From Candidatus Omnitrophota bacterium (GTDB lineage Bacteria; Omnitrophota; Gorgyraeia; B26-G9): DNA of 64,000 nucleotides. This document shows, one piece after another, positions 26,448 through 36,059 of the stretch; the stretch's first letter is position 1; the number at the start of each line of letters is the position of its first letter. A program made the position numbers and the translations under genes. The stretch is from assembly GCA_043805415.1 (NCBI GenBank), contig JAZDHZ010000007.1:93786-157785 (forward strand), in the 5' to 3' direction. The notes beneath the pieces were generated by a model. The model did not search any database, was not told the DNA's origin, and saw nothing but the letters and a program-made list of their open reading frames with translations.

Positions 26448-26550
26448 TTGAGCTCCTTCCCTATTTTTGTAATTAGCGGCGATCTTCGTCCTTGCTTTAA
26501 TAAACTTTACGAATATTTTCAGCAATTTTTTTGGATCAAGCCCTGCTTAA

Positions 26551-26584
26551 GTAAATAAAAAAGCCCATATAAGTTTATATGGGC
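26551..26584 (-). terminator. Rho-independent terminator candidate downstream of the 1422-aa gene
   Basis: gcccatataa (26563-26572) and ttatatgggc (26575-26584) form a perfect inverted repeat. On the minus strand the hairpin is followed by a T6 run (plus A-run 26557-26562). Confidence 0.55.
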
Positions 26585-26829
26585 GTGACAATTTTATGAT
26601 TAATTGACAAACTATTGAATATAAATTGTTTTTGCAAGTAACAATTAGACATATTTTTCCTTTGAAAACTTAATTTCGGGGAATTTCCTTCCTTATATAA
26701 ATAGGTATTAATTGAACCCTTTTTATAACATAAATCAACTTTCATGTCAAGCTGAATAAACCTTGCGTATTTTTGTACTGATATTAAACCGTAAACAGTA
26801 TGTTTTTTATTATCCTGCCCTAAACATTA

Positions 26830-29800
26830 TCAAATCGCGCTTTCGATCCGCGGCGCGGTTTCAAAAGATCCATTGTCTTGTTGGCTTTTAAACGGGAAAA
26901 CATTGAAAAAGCCTTCATGTTCTTTTGTTCCTAAAACAGACAAGATTTCATCGCTGATCATTTCCGTGTTTTTTCCGCTGATATAGATCACCCGGTTCTT
27001 CTGCACATCCACTCGGCCATTAACCATGTCCATCCCTTCGGGTATGGTGTATAAGTCCATATCCGCAATAACATCCAGATCAATCGGAATATTCAGTGAC
27101 CTTTCCTCCGGGGTCCCGCTTAGTATGAACTGGAACAACCCCGGGGTGTCCTGCCAGAGCCGCGGGCCAATAGCGTAGATAACTCCCCGCCACATTTTTG
27201 AATCTTTAATGTCTTTTCTTTTTTCCAAAAGAAATTGTTCAATCATAGTGTAAAACCGGGGATCATTGGCAATGGTGTGGAGGAATTTCATAAAACTGGT
27301 ATGGCTAAATTTTGCCTGAATTTCGCGGCGCAGCGTAATAGACTGAGCATCAGCCGCGTCCGCGGGCAGATCAATCGACATATTATCGATAAACAAAGTA
27401 TCTTTCGTAAAATCCATTCTTTTCGCGAGAAAATCGCGGGAAAAATCAATCAAAGCTTCTAAATATTGTTTTTTAAATTTTTCCAGTTTTTTTATATTTC
27501 TTCTTACTTCCGGGTCAAATATTTTTTGAGGATCAACCTTATCCCAGTTTATCCCCTGAACAGCCTTTTCCAAAGACATTGGGCCTCTTTCCGTGATCAC
27601 ATCAAAATCCTTAAGCATAAAATAGCCCAGTGCCCGAATAACATCGCCGACAACAATGTTTTTATAACCTTTGCGGCTGCCGATTTTAAATGACGCCGGT
27701 ATCCGCAGGGAACCGGCAGTCCCGCCGATAGTCAGGGAAACAAACTCTGCCTGCGGCTCAGGAATACTTAATTTTCGGATATTAGCCTGTATCGGCAAAT
27801 ATATTTTAAAGATGGCACAGGGTTGGGTCGTTTTTTTATACGGCGCAGCCGGTATTACCTCCCAGCGGCCGCCGCTAATATGCGTAATTTCGGAAAAAAG
27901 GGCTAAATTGCAGCAATACTTACTGTCTTTGCTAACCACATCCACTTTCGGCCGAATCGCGTAAATCTCGATCGCCAATTCCCGGTTTTGTTCGCGCACA
28001 TCTATTTCCACTTCTTCGGCCCGGGAAAAAGCCGCGCTATTGAGAAATTCACTAAGCATAATCCGCAAACCAGACTTATAACTCAGCACTTCGCCTAATT
28101 CGCCGGTCTTATTTAAAAAATTAATCCGTAATTTGCCTGCTTCCGGCAAGCGGTGCCGGAAATCGGCAATGATCTCCTGGATCGCAGTCTTGACCTCAAA
28201 ACTTTCCGTGGTCCGGTAAGAATAAGCCAGGATCTCCGTGATCTTACGCATTAAATCCGTTGTCCTGCTCTTCAAATCCTCGGCCGTAATCGTATGAATA
28301 ATATTATTCAGAATATTGATCAGCCGGCCTTTTTCCACTGTATTGTTCAGCAGATACTCCCGCTTATCATCCTCCAATTGCTTAACAATCGCGGAAGCGT
28401 TGATCAAGTCACCCCTTTTCTCTAGCTGATCAATCGCCGTTAAGATATGGGTGAAAATATTAACCGCCATATCCTGCGTGATCGCTAACTCCTTTTGCAG
28501 ATTTTCCCTGGTCTTACCGCTGGTAATCGCCCATTTAACCATAGAGTTATTTTCAGCGTTTTGTAAATACGACATCAAGGCCTTGACGATTAACAGCTTC
28601 TTCTTTAACGGATATTTGCCGATCATGAAATTGGCGATCATTAAGGGAGAAAACTCTTTGATTTTTCCTTCCTTAATGTCTGATTCGATTTGGCGTCCGG
28701 CTTCCCTTACTGTCTTGACCATATCGCGCAGCTCTTCTTGAATGACATGAACATCCGCTGCTGCCAGATGATGTTCCAATTGTTGACTGGAAATATTTTT
28801 AAAGGCCTCAATCAGATTAAAATCCGATGATAGATATTCAAGCTCAGATATCCGGTTATGAACTTCAAACACGTTTTGTCTTTTGGCCCGCAGAATTTTC
28901 AAAAAATCCGACAAACCAAATCCTTGCGTTCCGGCGCGATATTTGCGAATATAATTACTTATGTCCCTCAGCAGACGGCCGTAGGGCGCAACTACTATCT
29001 TACCTTTCGGATTATCTTTGAACCAGGAGCGGATAAGCCTTATTTCCTGATAAGCCTTTCTGCTCAGTTCATGCAAACTTTCTATATCGCGGTTTAACAC
29101 CTCCAGCCGGCCGACAACCGGGATTTGCATTGTTAATTCAACCCATTGTTTTTTTTGTTCATCGATCAAAAGCTGTACGTCGGTATTACCGCCGCCCGCG
29201 GCGATCGAGCGCCGCAAGTTCCAAAGATCCGTATTTAAAGAGTGATCATGGGTAAACAATTCAAACATGTAATATATGGACCCCGGGGCAATATTTTCCC
29301 CGTCATATTTAACCCTTAATTCTAAAACATTATAAACCGGTTCCAGTAATTCTCCGGCCACATTTATTGATTCTGCCGTGATAAAAACCTGCTTAGCTCC
29401 GCTGCTGAGCGCGTTTTTAATGATCGTGTTCAAATACGCGCTGAATTCTTCACAAACAACGACTTCGCTTTTGCGCGGCATTTTGTTATCCCAAAAAATA
29501 GTGATCCCAGGGCGTTTTCTCTCGAATTCTTTTTTGCAATTACCGATCAATTCGTCAAGATCCTGCCGTTTAAATTTTAAGGCCCCGCTGGTTACCGTGC
29601 TGAGGATATCAAAATTATTGGTTGCTTCGCGGAAACGCGCTATCCCGGATTCAATGATACTGGTATATTTCGCGGCGTGAGAATTCTCTTTTAAATCCCC
29701 CCAATATTCTTCCAGCTTTTCAATATACCTGCCCATCTGCTCCTGTAATTCATAAACGTATTCGTCGGCGCTGATGCCTTTGGTGAAAATTTCATCTTCA

Positions 29801-31098
29801 TTTACCGCTATTGTTTTCAAAATCTGAACCTCTATTTCCTGAAACAGCTTCAGCATCTCGAATATCACTTTTAATGATTCTGCCTCTTTGGAAGAAAGCT
29901 TATAGTCTGGAGAATCACTGATATGATCAATGCATTCCATAATACTGCGCGTGTTCATAGATTTTATTTCTTGTTTTTCTTTCTCCGGGATATCGGCATT
30001 GTTTAAAATACTCCGGGCAACGCGTACAAGAAAAGGAGCGAGAATATGCACGGGATTACGCATCCTGTCTTCGATCCCGCCGTTGATTTGAAGTTTACGG
30101 GCAAAATTAGTCCGGGTTTTCAATGCCTCGGCGCTTACTTCTTCAAAAACGTCTTTGCTTAAAATACTGATTAGTTCCGAAGCCACTGGGGAAGGATCGA
30201 AATTCTTTAAATCCTTAGCCAGCATATGGCGGATCTGAGTAACCGGATAACGCGCCAGCTCATTTAAAATTTCATGGGCTTTTTCTCCTATGTTTTTATT
30301 GGCATAATATAACATCATCTTCAAGGCATAGATTCTGTCCCAACTATTGCTTTCGTTATTCAAATAAGCGTATTTATACCCTTTTTCATTTTTTGTCCCC
30401 AGGCACTCCTTGCTCATCTCTTCTTTACCAATAACCACATCTTCAATATTTATTTCCGGCAAAGGCTCTCCAAAAGCGGTTGCATAAGCCGGCTTGTCCT
30501 CAAAAGCTGTATGCACGTAAAAAGTCGGCATAATTATCCCGGAAGTCAAAGGCATATTCTCAATTTGGATCCTGAATCCCACGCCGCGGATATCCTTGAT
30601 CCGCGCAAGTTCCTCTGGCGTAATCAGCTCTTCCGGCCTCTTTTTCCGGCTCCAGATGGGATTGGGATTGCCGAAGGCGTAAACATCCACCACATTTATC
30701 CTGGCCTGGCTTTCGTCTACATAGCAAGAGGTTTTGGAAACATTCACCGGCTTGACATTGATAATGATCTTTTTTTGCCGGATTAATTCCAGAAATTCTC
30801 CAATTGACATCTCCGGGCCGTAAATATTACCGTAAAGAAAAAAATTGTCTTTAAACGTGACTGGCTTTAACGGCCAAAACCCGATTTTTTCCACGCTGCT
30901 GATATGCAGCGGATTAGAACTAGCTTGCAGCGCGAATGAATCCATAAACAATGCTAAATTCAAATTTAATTCAGGAGAAAGACAGTCTGTTTGTTTGCTG
31001 AATAGCAGCTCTGTGCCTCCTGCCCAGGCAATATCTAACAGTAAAAATAAATTTATCAGCAATAAGCCAATTATTTTTAATACATTATTTTTTCTCAT
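26830..31098 (-). CDS. Very large (1422 aa) signal-bearing hypothetical protein with two degenerate GHKL/HATPase-like segments
   Basis: The N-terminal leader MRKNNVLKIIGLLLINLFLLLDIAWAGGTEL is shared with the neighbouring 1191-aa protein. Segment 1 (nt ~29150-29470): LNTIIKNALSSGAK (N-box-like), YDGENIAPGSIYYMFELF (G1/F-box-like), RRSIAAGGGNTDVQ. Segment 2 (nt ~27840-28090): LSEFLNSAAFS ... ITHISGGRWEV. No overall family was recognised. Confidence 0.5.
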   Translation of the reverse strand: MRKNNVLKIIGLLLINLFLLLDIAWAGGTELLFSKQTDCLSPELNLNLALFMDSFALQASSNPLHISSVEKIGFWPLKPVTFKDNFFLYGNIYGPEMSIGEFLELIRQKKIIINVKPVNVSKTSCYVDESQARINVVDVYAFGNPNPIWSRKKRPEELITPEELARIKDIRGVGFRIQIENMPLTSGIIMPTFYVHTAFEDKPAYATAFGEPLPEINIEDVVIGKEEMSKECLGTKNEKGYKYAYLNNESNSWDRIYALKMMLYYANKNIGEKAHEILNELARYPVTQIRHMLAKDLKNFDPSPVASELISILSKDVFEEVSAEALKTRTNFARKLQINGGIEDRMRNPVHILAPFLVRVARSILNNADIPEKEKQEIKSMNTRSIMECIDHISDSPDYKLSSKEAESLKVIFEMLKLFQEIEVQILKTIAVNEDEIFTKGISADEYVYELQEQMGRYIEKLEEYWGDLKENSHAAKYTSIIESGIARFREATNNFDILSTVTSGALKFKRQDLDELIGNCKKEFERKRPGITIFWDNKMPRKSEVVVCEEFSAYLNTIIKNALSSGAKQVFITAESINVAGELLEPVYNVLELRVKYDGENIAPGSIYYMFELFTHDHSLNTDLWNLRRSIAAGGGNTDVQLLIDEQKKQWVELTMQIPVVGRLEVLNRDIESLHELSRKAYQEIRLIRSWFKDNPKGKIVVAPYGRLLRDISNYIRKYRAGTQGFGLSDFLKILRAKRQNVFEVHNRISELEYLSSDFNLIEAFKNISSQQLEHHLAAADVHVIQEELRDMVKTVREAGRQIESDIKEGKIKEFSPLMIANFMIGKYPLKKKLLIVKALMSYLQNAENNSMVKWAITSGKTRENLQKELAITQDMAVNIFTHILTAIDQLEKRGDLINASAIVKQLEDDKREYLLNNTVEKGRLINILNNIIHTITAEDLKSRTTDLMRKITEILAYSYRTTESFEVKTAIQEIIADFRHRLPEAGKLRINFLNKTGELGEVLSYKSGLRIMLSEFLNSAAFSRAEEVEIDVREQNRELAIEIYAIRPKVDVVSKDSKYCCNLALFSEITHISGGRWEVIPAAPYKKTTQPCAIFKIYLPIQANIRKLSIPEPQAEFVSLTIGGTAGSLRIPASFKIGSRKGYKNIVVGDVIRALGYFMLKDFDVITERGPMSLEKAVQGINWDKVDPQKIFDPEVRRNIKKLEKFKKQYLEALIDFSRDFLAKRMDFTKDTLFIDNMSIDLPADAADAQSITLRREIQAKFSHTSFMKFLHTIANDPRFYTMIEQFLLEKRKDIKDSKMWRGVIYAIGPRLWQDTPGLFQFILSGTPEERSLNIPIDLDVIADMDLYTIPEGMDMVNGRVDVQKNRVIYISGKNTEMISDEILSVLGTKEHEGFFNVFPFKSQQDNGSFETAPRIESAI

Positions 31099-31139
31099 TA
31101 AGCTCTTCTTTGATTAAATATTTATCATTAACTAAAATA

Positions 31140-34100
31140 CTAAATCGCTTGTCCAACTAAAGCCAATCCTGAATTCAAATTAAGATCAGCTGGTTTGATC
31201 ATGCCAAAGGTTAGGGATTGATCAACAATAACTTGCTTAGGACTTTGCGTGTAAATAAAATTTATAAATGAATCAAGCCATACATTAGCAACCACGCCTT
31301 TGGCATCCAGATAATCGCGAAGGCCTTTTTCAGTTTGGAATACTCGTTCGCCGTCAATTTTTACCCCTAGACTTAAGTTAAACAATGACTGCTTGAGTTT
31401 TTCTTTAGCATCTGGGTTAAGGTTGAACACAGCATGAGTTAATTGCTTCCAATATTCATCAGGAACAGCGTCAAGCCCTTGTTGGTCACCATACAAAGGC
31501 ACAAGGTCACCTTTGGCACTGTAAATAATCAAGCGCCCTGACTCTAATGCCGCCATTTCAATAATCTGCTCCTGGCTAAGCTTGCTGGTATCCCAATCAG
31601 TTGTATAACTAATTCCGGTAACACCCATATCCTTCCACTCATCTTTAAACCGATTAAAAGTAGCCTTGGTTCTAAATTGCTGATAAGGAACCTGCATATA
31701 GGCAACCTTGATTTCATCTTTACCCAGATCTTTTTTGATCTGTTCAAGATAAGGCATTGCCAGCTTGAAATTTTCCGGAGTATTAGTTGAAGTGGTTTCA
31801 AGGTATAAGTCATCTGGAGCAATATCAATATCCAGCATCTTTGCCAAAGCATTCATAATCTGATAAATGATTTCTGATTCAGAAAGCGGAATGACTTTTT
31901 TATACTCTGACCTATCGGGCTGAGCATCCAGCACATCAAGATCAACCGGATTTTCCATGCCAGCCAGCTGTAACATTGTTAAATCATCTGTTGAGTTAAT
32001 AACAATATCTTTGTTGATTCTAATATTAAAACCCATTTTCTGCGCTGATTTAAGCAAAGGCAAAGTCAATCTGCCATATCCGCCAGTAAGCAATATTTTC
32101 TTAATTTTCCCTGCTTTGTATAATCGAAGAGTTTCTTTAAATGTACCGATATCATCATTACCGCACAAAAGCAGAACATCAGCGTTTAATTCATTGAATG
32201 TGCTAGATTGTGCGTTAAGCAATGATTTGACAGATATAAGCGTTTCTGTTTGAGGTTGATAAACAGGTTTCGTAGAACTCATAGGTTTTTCTTCTTCAAC
32301 TTTATCTATTGGTTTAACTGGATTTTTGTGTTCTTCTTCTTTTTTTTCATCTTTAGCTATAATTTTTTTTAATCTTTTTTCCACTTTGGCAAGCTCAGCT
32401 TTTTCTCGTTTTAAATCCTTGTCTATTGCTTCTTGTGGCCTACCCACATATCGCCAAGCTGGACCTAAATTTGCATCATATTCACCCCAACCATTCGGAC
32501 CATAAATTGTTTCGCCTGATACATAAGCCCCATCGGGAACAGTACTGTAAACCTTTCTTTCCGGCTCTTCATTTTCAAGTGTTTTAAGTCTTTCTACAAT
32601 TCTGTTTCTTTTACTCAGAAGTCTTCTATTGCGCGTAATTCTTCTGTGAATTAGTGTTACAGCAATCACAATAAATGGAACACCTAAATACCAAGCATCA
32701 GTTGACAACGCAGTCATAGGTAAAATTCCATCCCCTGCCCAGCTAAATTTAGAGCTTAAAGCAATGAGTGCGGGGGCAAGAAGAGCAGGGATAAATAGAG
32801 ACTTTAAAGTGGAGTTTTTATGAAGCCCCTTTCCTTTCTTTGATGCTTTTTCAACTGCTTTAGGATCAGCTTTTTTTGAATCATTACTCCCGTATTCTTT
32901 AAACTTTTCAATCAATTCCCAATTGAAAGAGGATTTGCCCCTTGTATCAAGAATTCCTCCTAGTATTTCCTCAATGCCTTTTACTGCAGCAATCTCTTTT
33001 AAAATTCCATTTTTCAGCATAGGAATTTCTCTCTTTAGCCTATCTCTTAGCGAAAATTTCATTTCATTCTCACGAAAGAAAAAGCTTTTAATTATACTAG
33101 TTTCCTCTTCGTCAAGCTCTATCAAATTTTCTATTCGCGTTAATAGCATTACTCTTTCTTCAATACTCAAATTCTTGATGCGTTGCCTCACATCTAAAGA
33201 GGCAATAAAATAATTATGATTTTCTGCTAATAGCTGTTCATAAAAAACTCTCACGTCATACTCAAGATTAACATTCTCTGTTTCTTTCGATACTTTCGCA
33301 AATATTCTATCTACCTCTTCTCCTCCTAAAAACTTTAGCAATACCGCCGCTGTCATTTGATTCCGCCGGTTAGAATCTAAATCATACCATCTCCATTTAT
33401 ACCCTGAGACAAAAACTTCAATTAAATATTCTCTGATCTGCTTTTCCAATCCTTTTTCCTGGTATTCACGAATTATTTGCTTAGCAATACTGTTCACGCT
33501 TACTCCAAAACTCACATCATTCCGAAAAATTGCCTCATAAAATTTGGCTTTCTCATCTCCTAACCCCGCCAGAACTGATAATACCGCGTAATCCACTTGC
33601 CAATTACCATTATTCAGCATTCTTGTTTTTAGATGTTCCTCTGCTTTTTTATTACCTATTTTACCTAGAGCAAGAATACAATTAATTTGAACATTTGCAG
33701 AAGAATCAATCAAATCCGTGTATTTAGGCCAATGAGCAGAGATATAATTATTTAATAAAGGGTAATCGTTATAGTTATCTTTTTTTGTAGAAGCAAATAT
33801 CAATTCCTCTACAGCTTTTTCACTTCTTAATTCTCCCAATGCCCACGCAACTGCCGCTCTTAATTTATTGGCCGGCAGGCGATCAATCTTAATAGGGTGG
33901 ATGTATCCAAATTCTAGACCCGATTTACCGGTTATATTAACTATCTTAAATGCGTTTAATTGTTTTATTAGAGTGCTCTCTACATTTTTGTGTCTAAGTT
34001 TACTTAGCTTTAAAGCTGCTTGAACCCTGTTTTCTTCCGGCTCATTTTCATTTTCTAAAATAGCAGCCAATTGTTTAAAGCTTTTCATTTCCTTACTTGT

Positions 34101-34715
34101 TTTTAAGAACGCTTCAGCATCACTATCAATGCCCTGATAATCAATAGTAGCTTTACCTATATTTTCAATTTTATTAAAAGCACACCCTGTAAAACCTGAT
34201 ATAATAACAACTGCTGTTAAGAAAACGACCGCTCTTCTTAACGGTGAAGGGACCTTGGCGGTAAATAAAATTGAAAACGCTGCAGTAATGGCTATTATTG
34301 CTGTTATTATTGACAAGTTCACAATAACCATTCCCCCATTTACAAAAACAGAACCTCCAACCAATATAGCCCAAAAATATTTTGAGCTTGTAGTTTTCTT
34401 CACCCCTACCAGTATTGTATTTGCCAACTGGTCTGCAATCTTATTAAATTTCATTTTTGAATTACGCTGTGTTTTGGGAATTTTTTGATTAGCAGTTTTC
34501 TGAACAGCTGCCTTAGAAGTATTCATCTCATAAAGTCTGCTGAAACCCGCATTAAACATCTGCTGTGTGATTTGAACCGGAGCAGCAAGTGTATCGGAAT
34601 TTTTTTGCAGATTAAGTTCTGTGCCCCCTGCCCAGGCGATATCAAGCATTAGAAATGAATTAATTAAAACTAAACATATTAACTTAAACCACAAACAATC
34701 AACTAATTTTTTCAT
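31140..34715 (-). CDS. Large (1191 aa) membrane protein: shared leader - TM block - HEAT-like repeats - TM pair - C-terminal DUF218 (YdcF/ElyC/SanA-like) domain
   Basis: Leader ...LINSFLMLDIAWAGGTEL. HEAT/PBS-lyase-like repeats (RVQAALKLSKLRHKN; LRAAVAWALGELRSEKAVEELI; ILALGKIGNKKAEEHL; LSVLAGLGDEKA). DUF218-like motifs DVLLLCGNDDIG...ILLTGGYG...SESEI...ETTSTNTPENF (nt ~31560-32190). GAGGAG RBS upstream of the ATG at 34715. Confidence 0.6.
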   Translation of the reverse strand: MKKLVDCLWFKLICLVLINSFLMLDIAWAGGTELNLQKNSDTLAAPVQITQQMFNAGFSRLYEMNTSKAAVQKTANQKIPKTQRNSKMKFNKIADQLANTILVGVKKTTSSKYFWAILVGGSVFVNGGMVIVNLSIITAIIAITAAFSILFTAKVPSPLRRAVVFLTAVVIISGFTGCAFNKIENIGKATIDYQGIDSDAEAFLKTSKEMKSFKQLAAILENENEPEENRVQAALKLSKLRHKNVESTLIKQLNAFKIVNITGKSGLEFGYIHPIKIDRLPANKLRAAVAWALGELRSEKAVEELIFASTKKDNYNDYPLLNNYISAHWPKYTDLIDSSANVQINCILALGKIGNKKAEEHLKTRMLNNGNWQVDYAVLSVLAGLGDEKAKFYEAIFRNDVSFGVSVNSIAKQIIREYQEKGLEKQIREYLIEVFVSGYKWRWYDLDSNRRNQMTAAVLLKFLGGEEVDRIFAKVSKETENVNLEYDVRVFYEQLLAENHNYFIASLDVRQRIKNLSIEERVMLLTRIENLIELDEEETSIIKSFFFRENEMKFSLRDRLKREIPMLKNGILKEIAAVKGIEEILGGILDTRGKSSFNWELIEKFKEYGSNDSKKADPKAVEKASKKGKGLHKNSTLKSLFIPALLAPALIALSSKFSWAGDGILPMTALSTDAWYLGVPFIVIAVTLIHRRITRNRRLLSKRNRIVERLKTLENEEPERKVYSTVPDGAYVSGETIYGPNGWGEYDANLGPAWRYVGRPQEAIDKDLKREKAELAKVEKRLKKIIAKDEKKEEEHKNPVKPIDKVEEEKPMSSTKPVYQPQTETLISVKSLLNAQSSTFNELNADVLLLCGNDDIGTFKETLRLYKAGKIKKILLTGGYGRLTLPLLKSAQKMGFNIRINKDIVINSTDDLTMLQLAGMENPVDLDVLDAQPDRSEYKKVIPLSESEIIYQIMNALAKMLDIDIAPDDLYLETTSTNTPENFKLAMPYLEQIKKDLGKDEIKVAYMQVPYQQFRTKATFNRFKDEWKDMGVTGISYTTDWDTSKLSQEQIIEMAALESGRLIIYSAKGDLVPLYGDQQGLDAVPDEYWKQLTHAVFNLNPDAKEKLKQSLFNLSLGVKIDGERVFQTEKGLRDYLDAKGVVANVWLDSFINFIYTQSPKQVIVDQSLTFGMIKPADLNLNSGLALVGQAI

Positions 34716-34773
34716 AACTTTTCTCCTCGTTAAGAATTAAAGCTCTTTATAAAGATTACAGAAAATGCGATAA

Positions 34774-34802
34774 AGTATACCATGAGTTTTGGGATAATGC
34801 AA
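34774..34802 (-). promoter_or_regulatory. Candidate extended -10 promoter for the 1191-aa gene
   Basis: The minus strand reads TTGCAT (34802-34797), a 17-nt spacer ending in TGG, then TATACT (34779-34774), about 60 nt upstream of the ATG at 34715. The -35 is weak. Confidence 0.3.
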
Positions 34803-34835
34803 ATGTGTAACGATTTGATAATAAACGGTTTAAGG

Positions 34836-34938
34836 AGTTATGAATTATAAGTTATGGGTTGGCGAGTTTGCCAGTTAGGAAAGCAGCGAGTAGTGTTTAG
34901 GACTTAGCGTAAAGTGATCCATAGTCAATAGCTAATAG
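34836..34938. repeat. Member of the dispersed 7-bp-periodic repeat family
   Basis: gttatga attataa gttatgg gttggcg ... tccatag(34918-34924) tcaatag ctaatag(34932-34938). The first 20 nt are nearly identical to 634..658. Confidence 0.6.
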
Positions 34939-35037
34939 AAAAATGGAAGATGGGAAAAACTAAAAAAGTTTATAAATAAAACCAGAACTCGTGAACGCGC
35001 TAACGCGCAAACTGGTTAACACTATTGGTTAACACTA

Positions 35038-35151
35038 CTAATTTACATTTACCAATTTACCCAGATACTCTCCCACTAATTGATTATCTTTTACTTCTTC
35101 ATACCCTTTGATTATTAATATTAAATCCCGAACAATCTGCCCATTAGCCAT
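35038..35151 (-). pseudogene. Decayed 3' remnant of a third PilZ paralog (37-codon ORF)
   Basis: Manual translation of the minus strand from the ATG at 35151 gives MANGQIVRDLILIIKGYEEVKDNQLVGEYLGKLVNVN*. The last ~17 aa match the PilZ C-terminus ...DQDKQLVNEYLGKLLNIN* (37540..). The nucleotide match is visible too: ctaatttacatttaccaatttacccagata vs ttaatttatatttaataatttacccagata. Confidence 0.55.
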
Positions 35152-35159
35152 AATGTAAA

Positions 35160-36059
35160 TTATTCTGTTACCAGTTCAAACCTAGTCCCACTTTCCATAG
35201 CGTTATTAATTCTGGTAAGAGCCTTATCTAGACTGAAATTATCCCGCTCATTGAGCGACAAAACATCAAATAGCTCTGCTTCAATGCGTGAATTCATATC
35301 TTTTATTTCTTCATCTGATCTGCCAAGATTTTTTCTGTATTTAACTAAATCTGTATCGGCATCATCCTCCTGAAGTTTCTTTTTAAACAGCGTCATTACT
35401 TCTTTATCTGCTAAATCAAACTTATTGCGAAGAATAAAGTCAATATCGTAGAAATCGCGCGGAGCTATAATTTGACGTGTCGCGCCTGCGCGTAACTTTT
35501 CTGAAACAATCTCTTTTAGTGACATACACTGAATCTCGCCACTAGCAAACAATGGCTCATCAGTAAAAGAGTGTTTGAATTTATGCTGTACCGCTCTTTT
35601 TTCAGTGTCTAAAATAGGGTTAAATTTCAAACCTACTTCAAATTTAATTGTCTGCTCAGAAAGTGTTGTAACAGAATCATATACGATATGGTACACATAC
35701 TGCTTTGATTCATTTCTCCCGGGATTACCGGCATCATCAATCCTCATGCTAAATTGCTTCACAAACCTCTCAATACCATTCTTAACCGGCTGGATGCATT
35801 TACGCCTCTCACCTCGTGTAGCTTGATACCGCGGAAGCATCATACTAAAATCAAGATCTTCACTCAAACGATAATATGAATAATATATCTTATTGAGACA
35901 GGTTCCTCCTTTAAAAATAAGATTACCTGACAATTCATGTATACGAGAAAGCAGTAATGTTAAATAATAATCTTTTTCTATCAGCGGCGCATAAAATCCC
36001 GTTAATGACGCGATACGATCAATAAGAATAAAAAATTGTTCTTTATCTTCGTGTATCAT
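35160..36059 (-). CDS. abiEii: AbiEii/AbiGii-family nucleotidyltransferase toxin (type IV toxin-antitoxin)
   Basis: Family motif 'FKGGTCLNKIYYSYYRLSEDLDF' in a 299-aa protein, immediately downstream of and overlapping an AbiEi-like gene. Confidence 0.8.
   Translation of the reverse strand: MIHEDKEQFFILIDRIASLTGFYAPLIEKDYYLTLLLSRIHELSGNLIFKGGTCLNKIYYSYYRLSEDLDFSMMLPRYQATRGERRKCIQPVKNGIERFVKQFSMRIDDAGNPGRNESKQYVYHIVYDSVTTLSEQTIKFEVGLKFNPILDTEKRAVQHKFKHSFTDEPLFASGEIQCMSLKEIVSEKLRAGATRQIIAPRDFYDIDFILRNKFDLADKEVMTLFKKKLQEDDADTDLVKYRKNLGRSDEEIKDMNSRIEAELFDVLSLNERDNFSLDKALTRINNAMESGTRFELVTE

Noticed and set aside
26447-26525. Upstream start (26525) for the GPH transporter
   Set aside because: The extra 26 residues (MLKIFVKFIKARTKIAANYKNREGAQ) lack an RBS. 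The ATG at 26447 has AAGGAG at ideal spacing and begins the conserved region.
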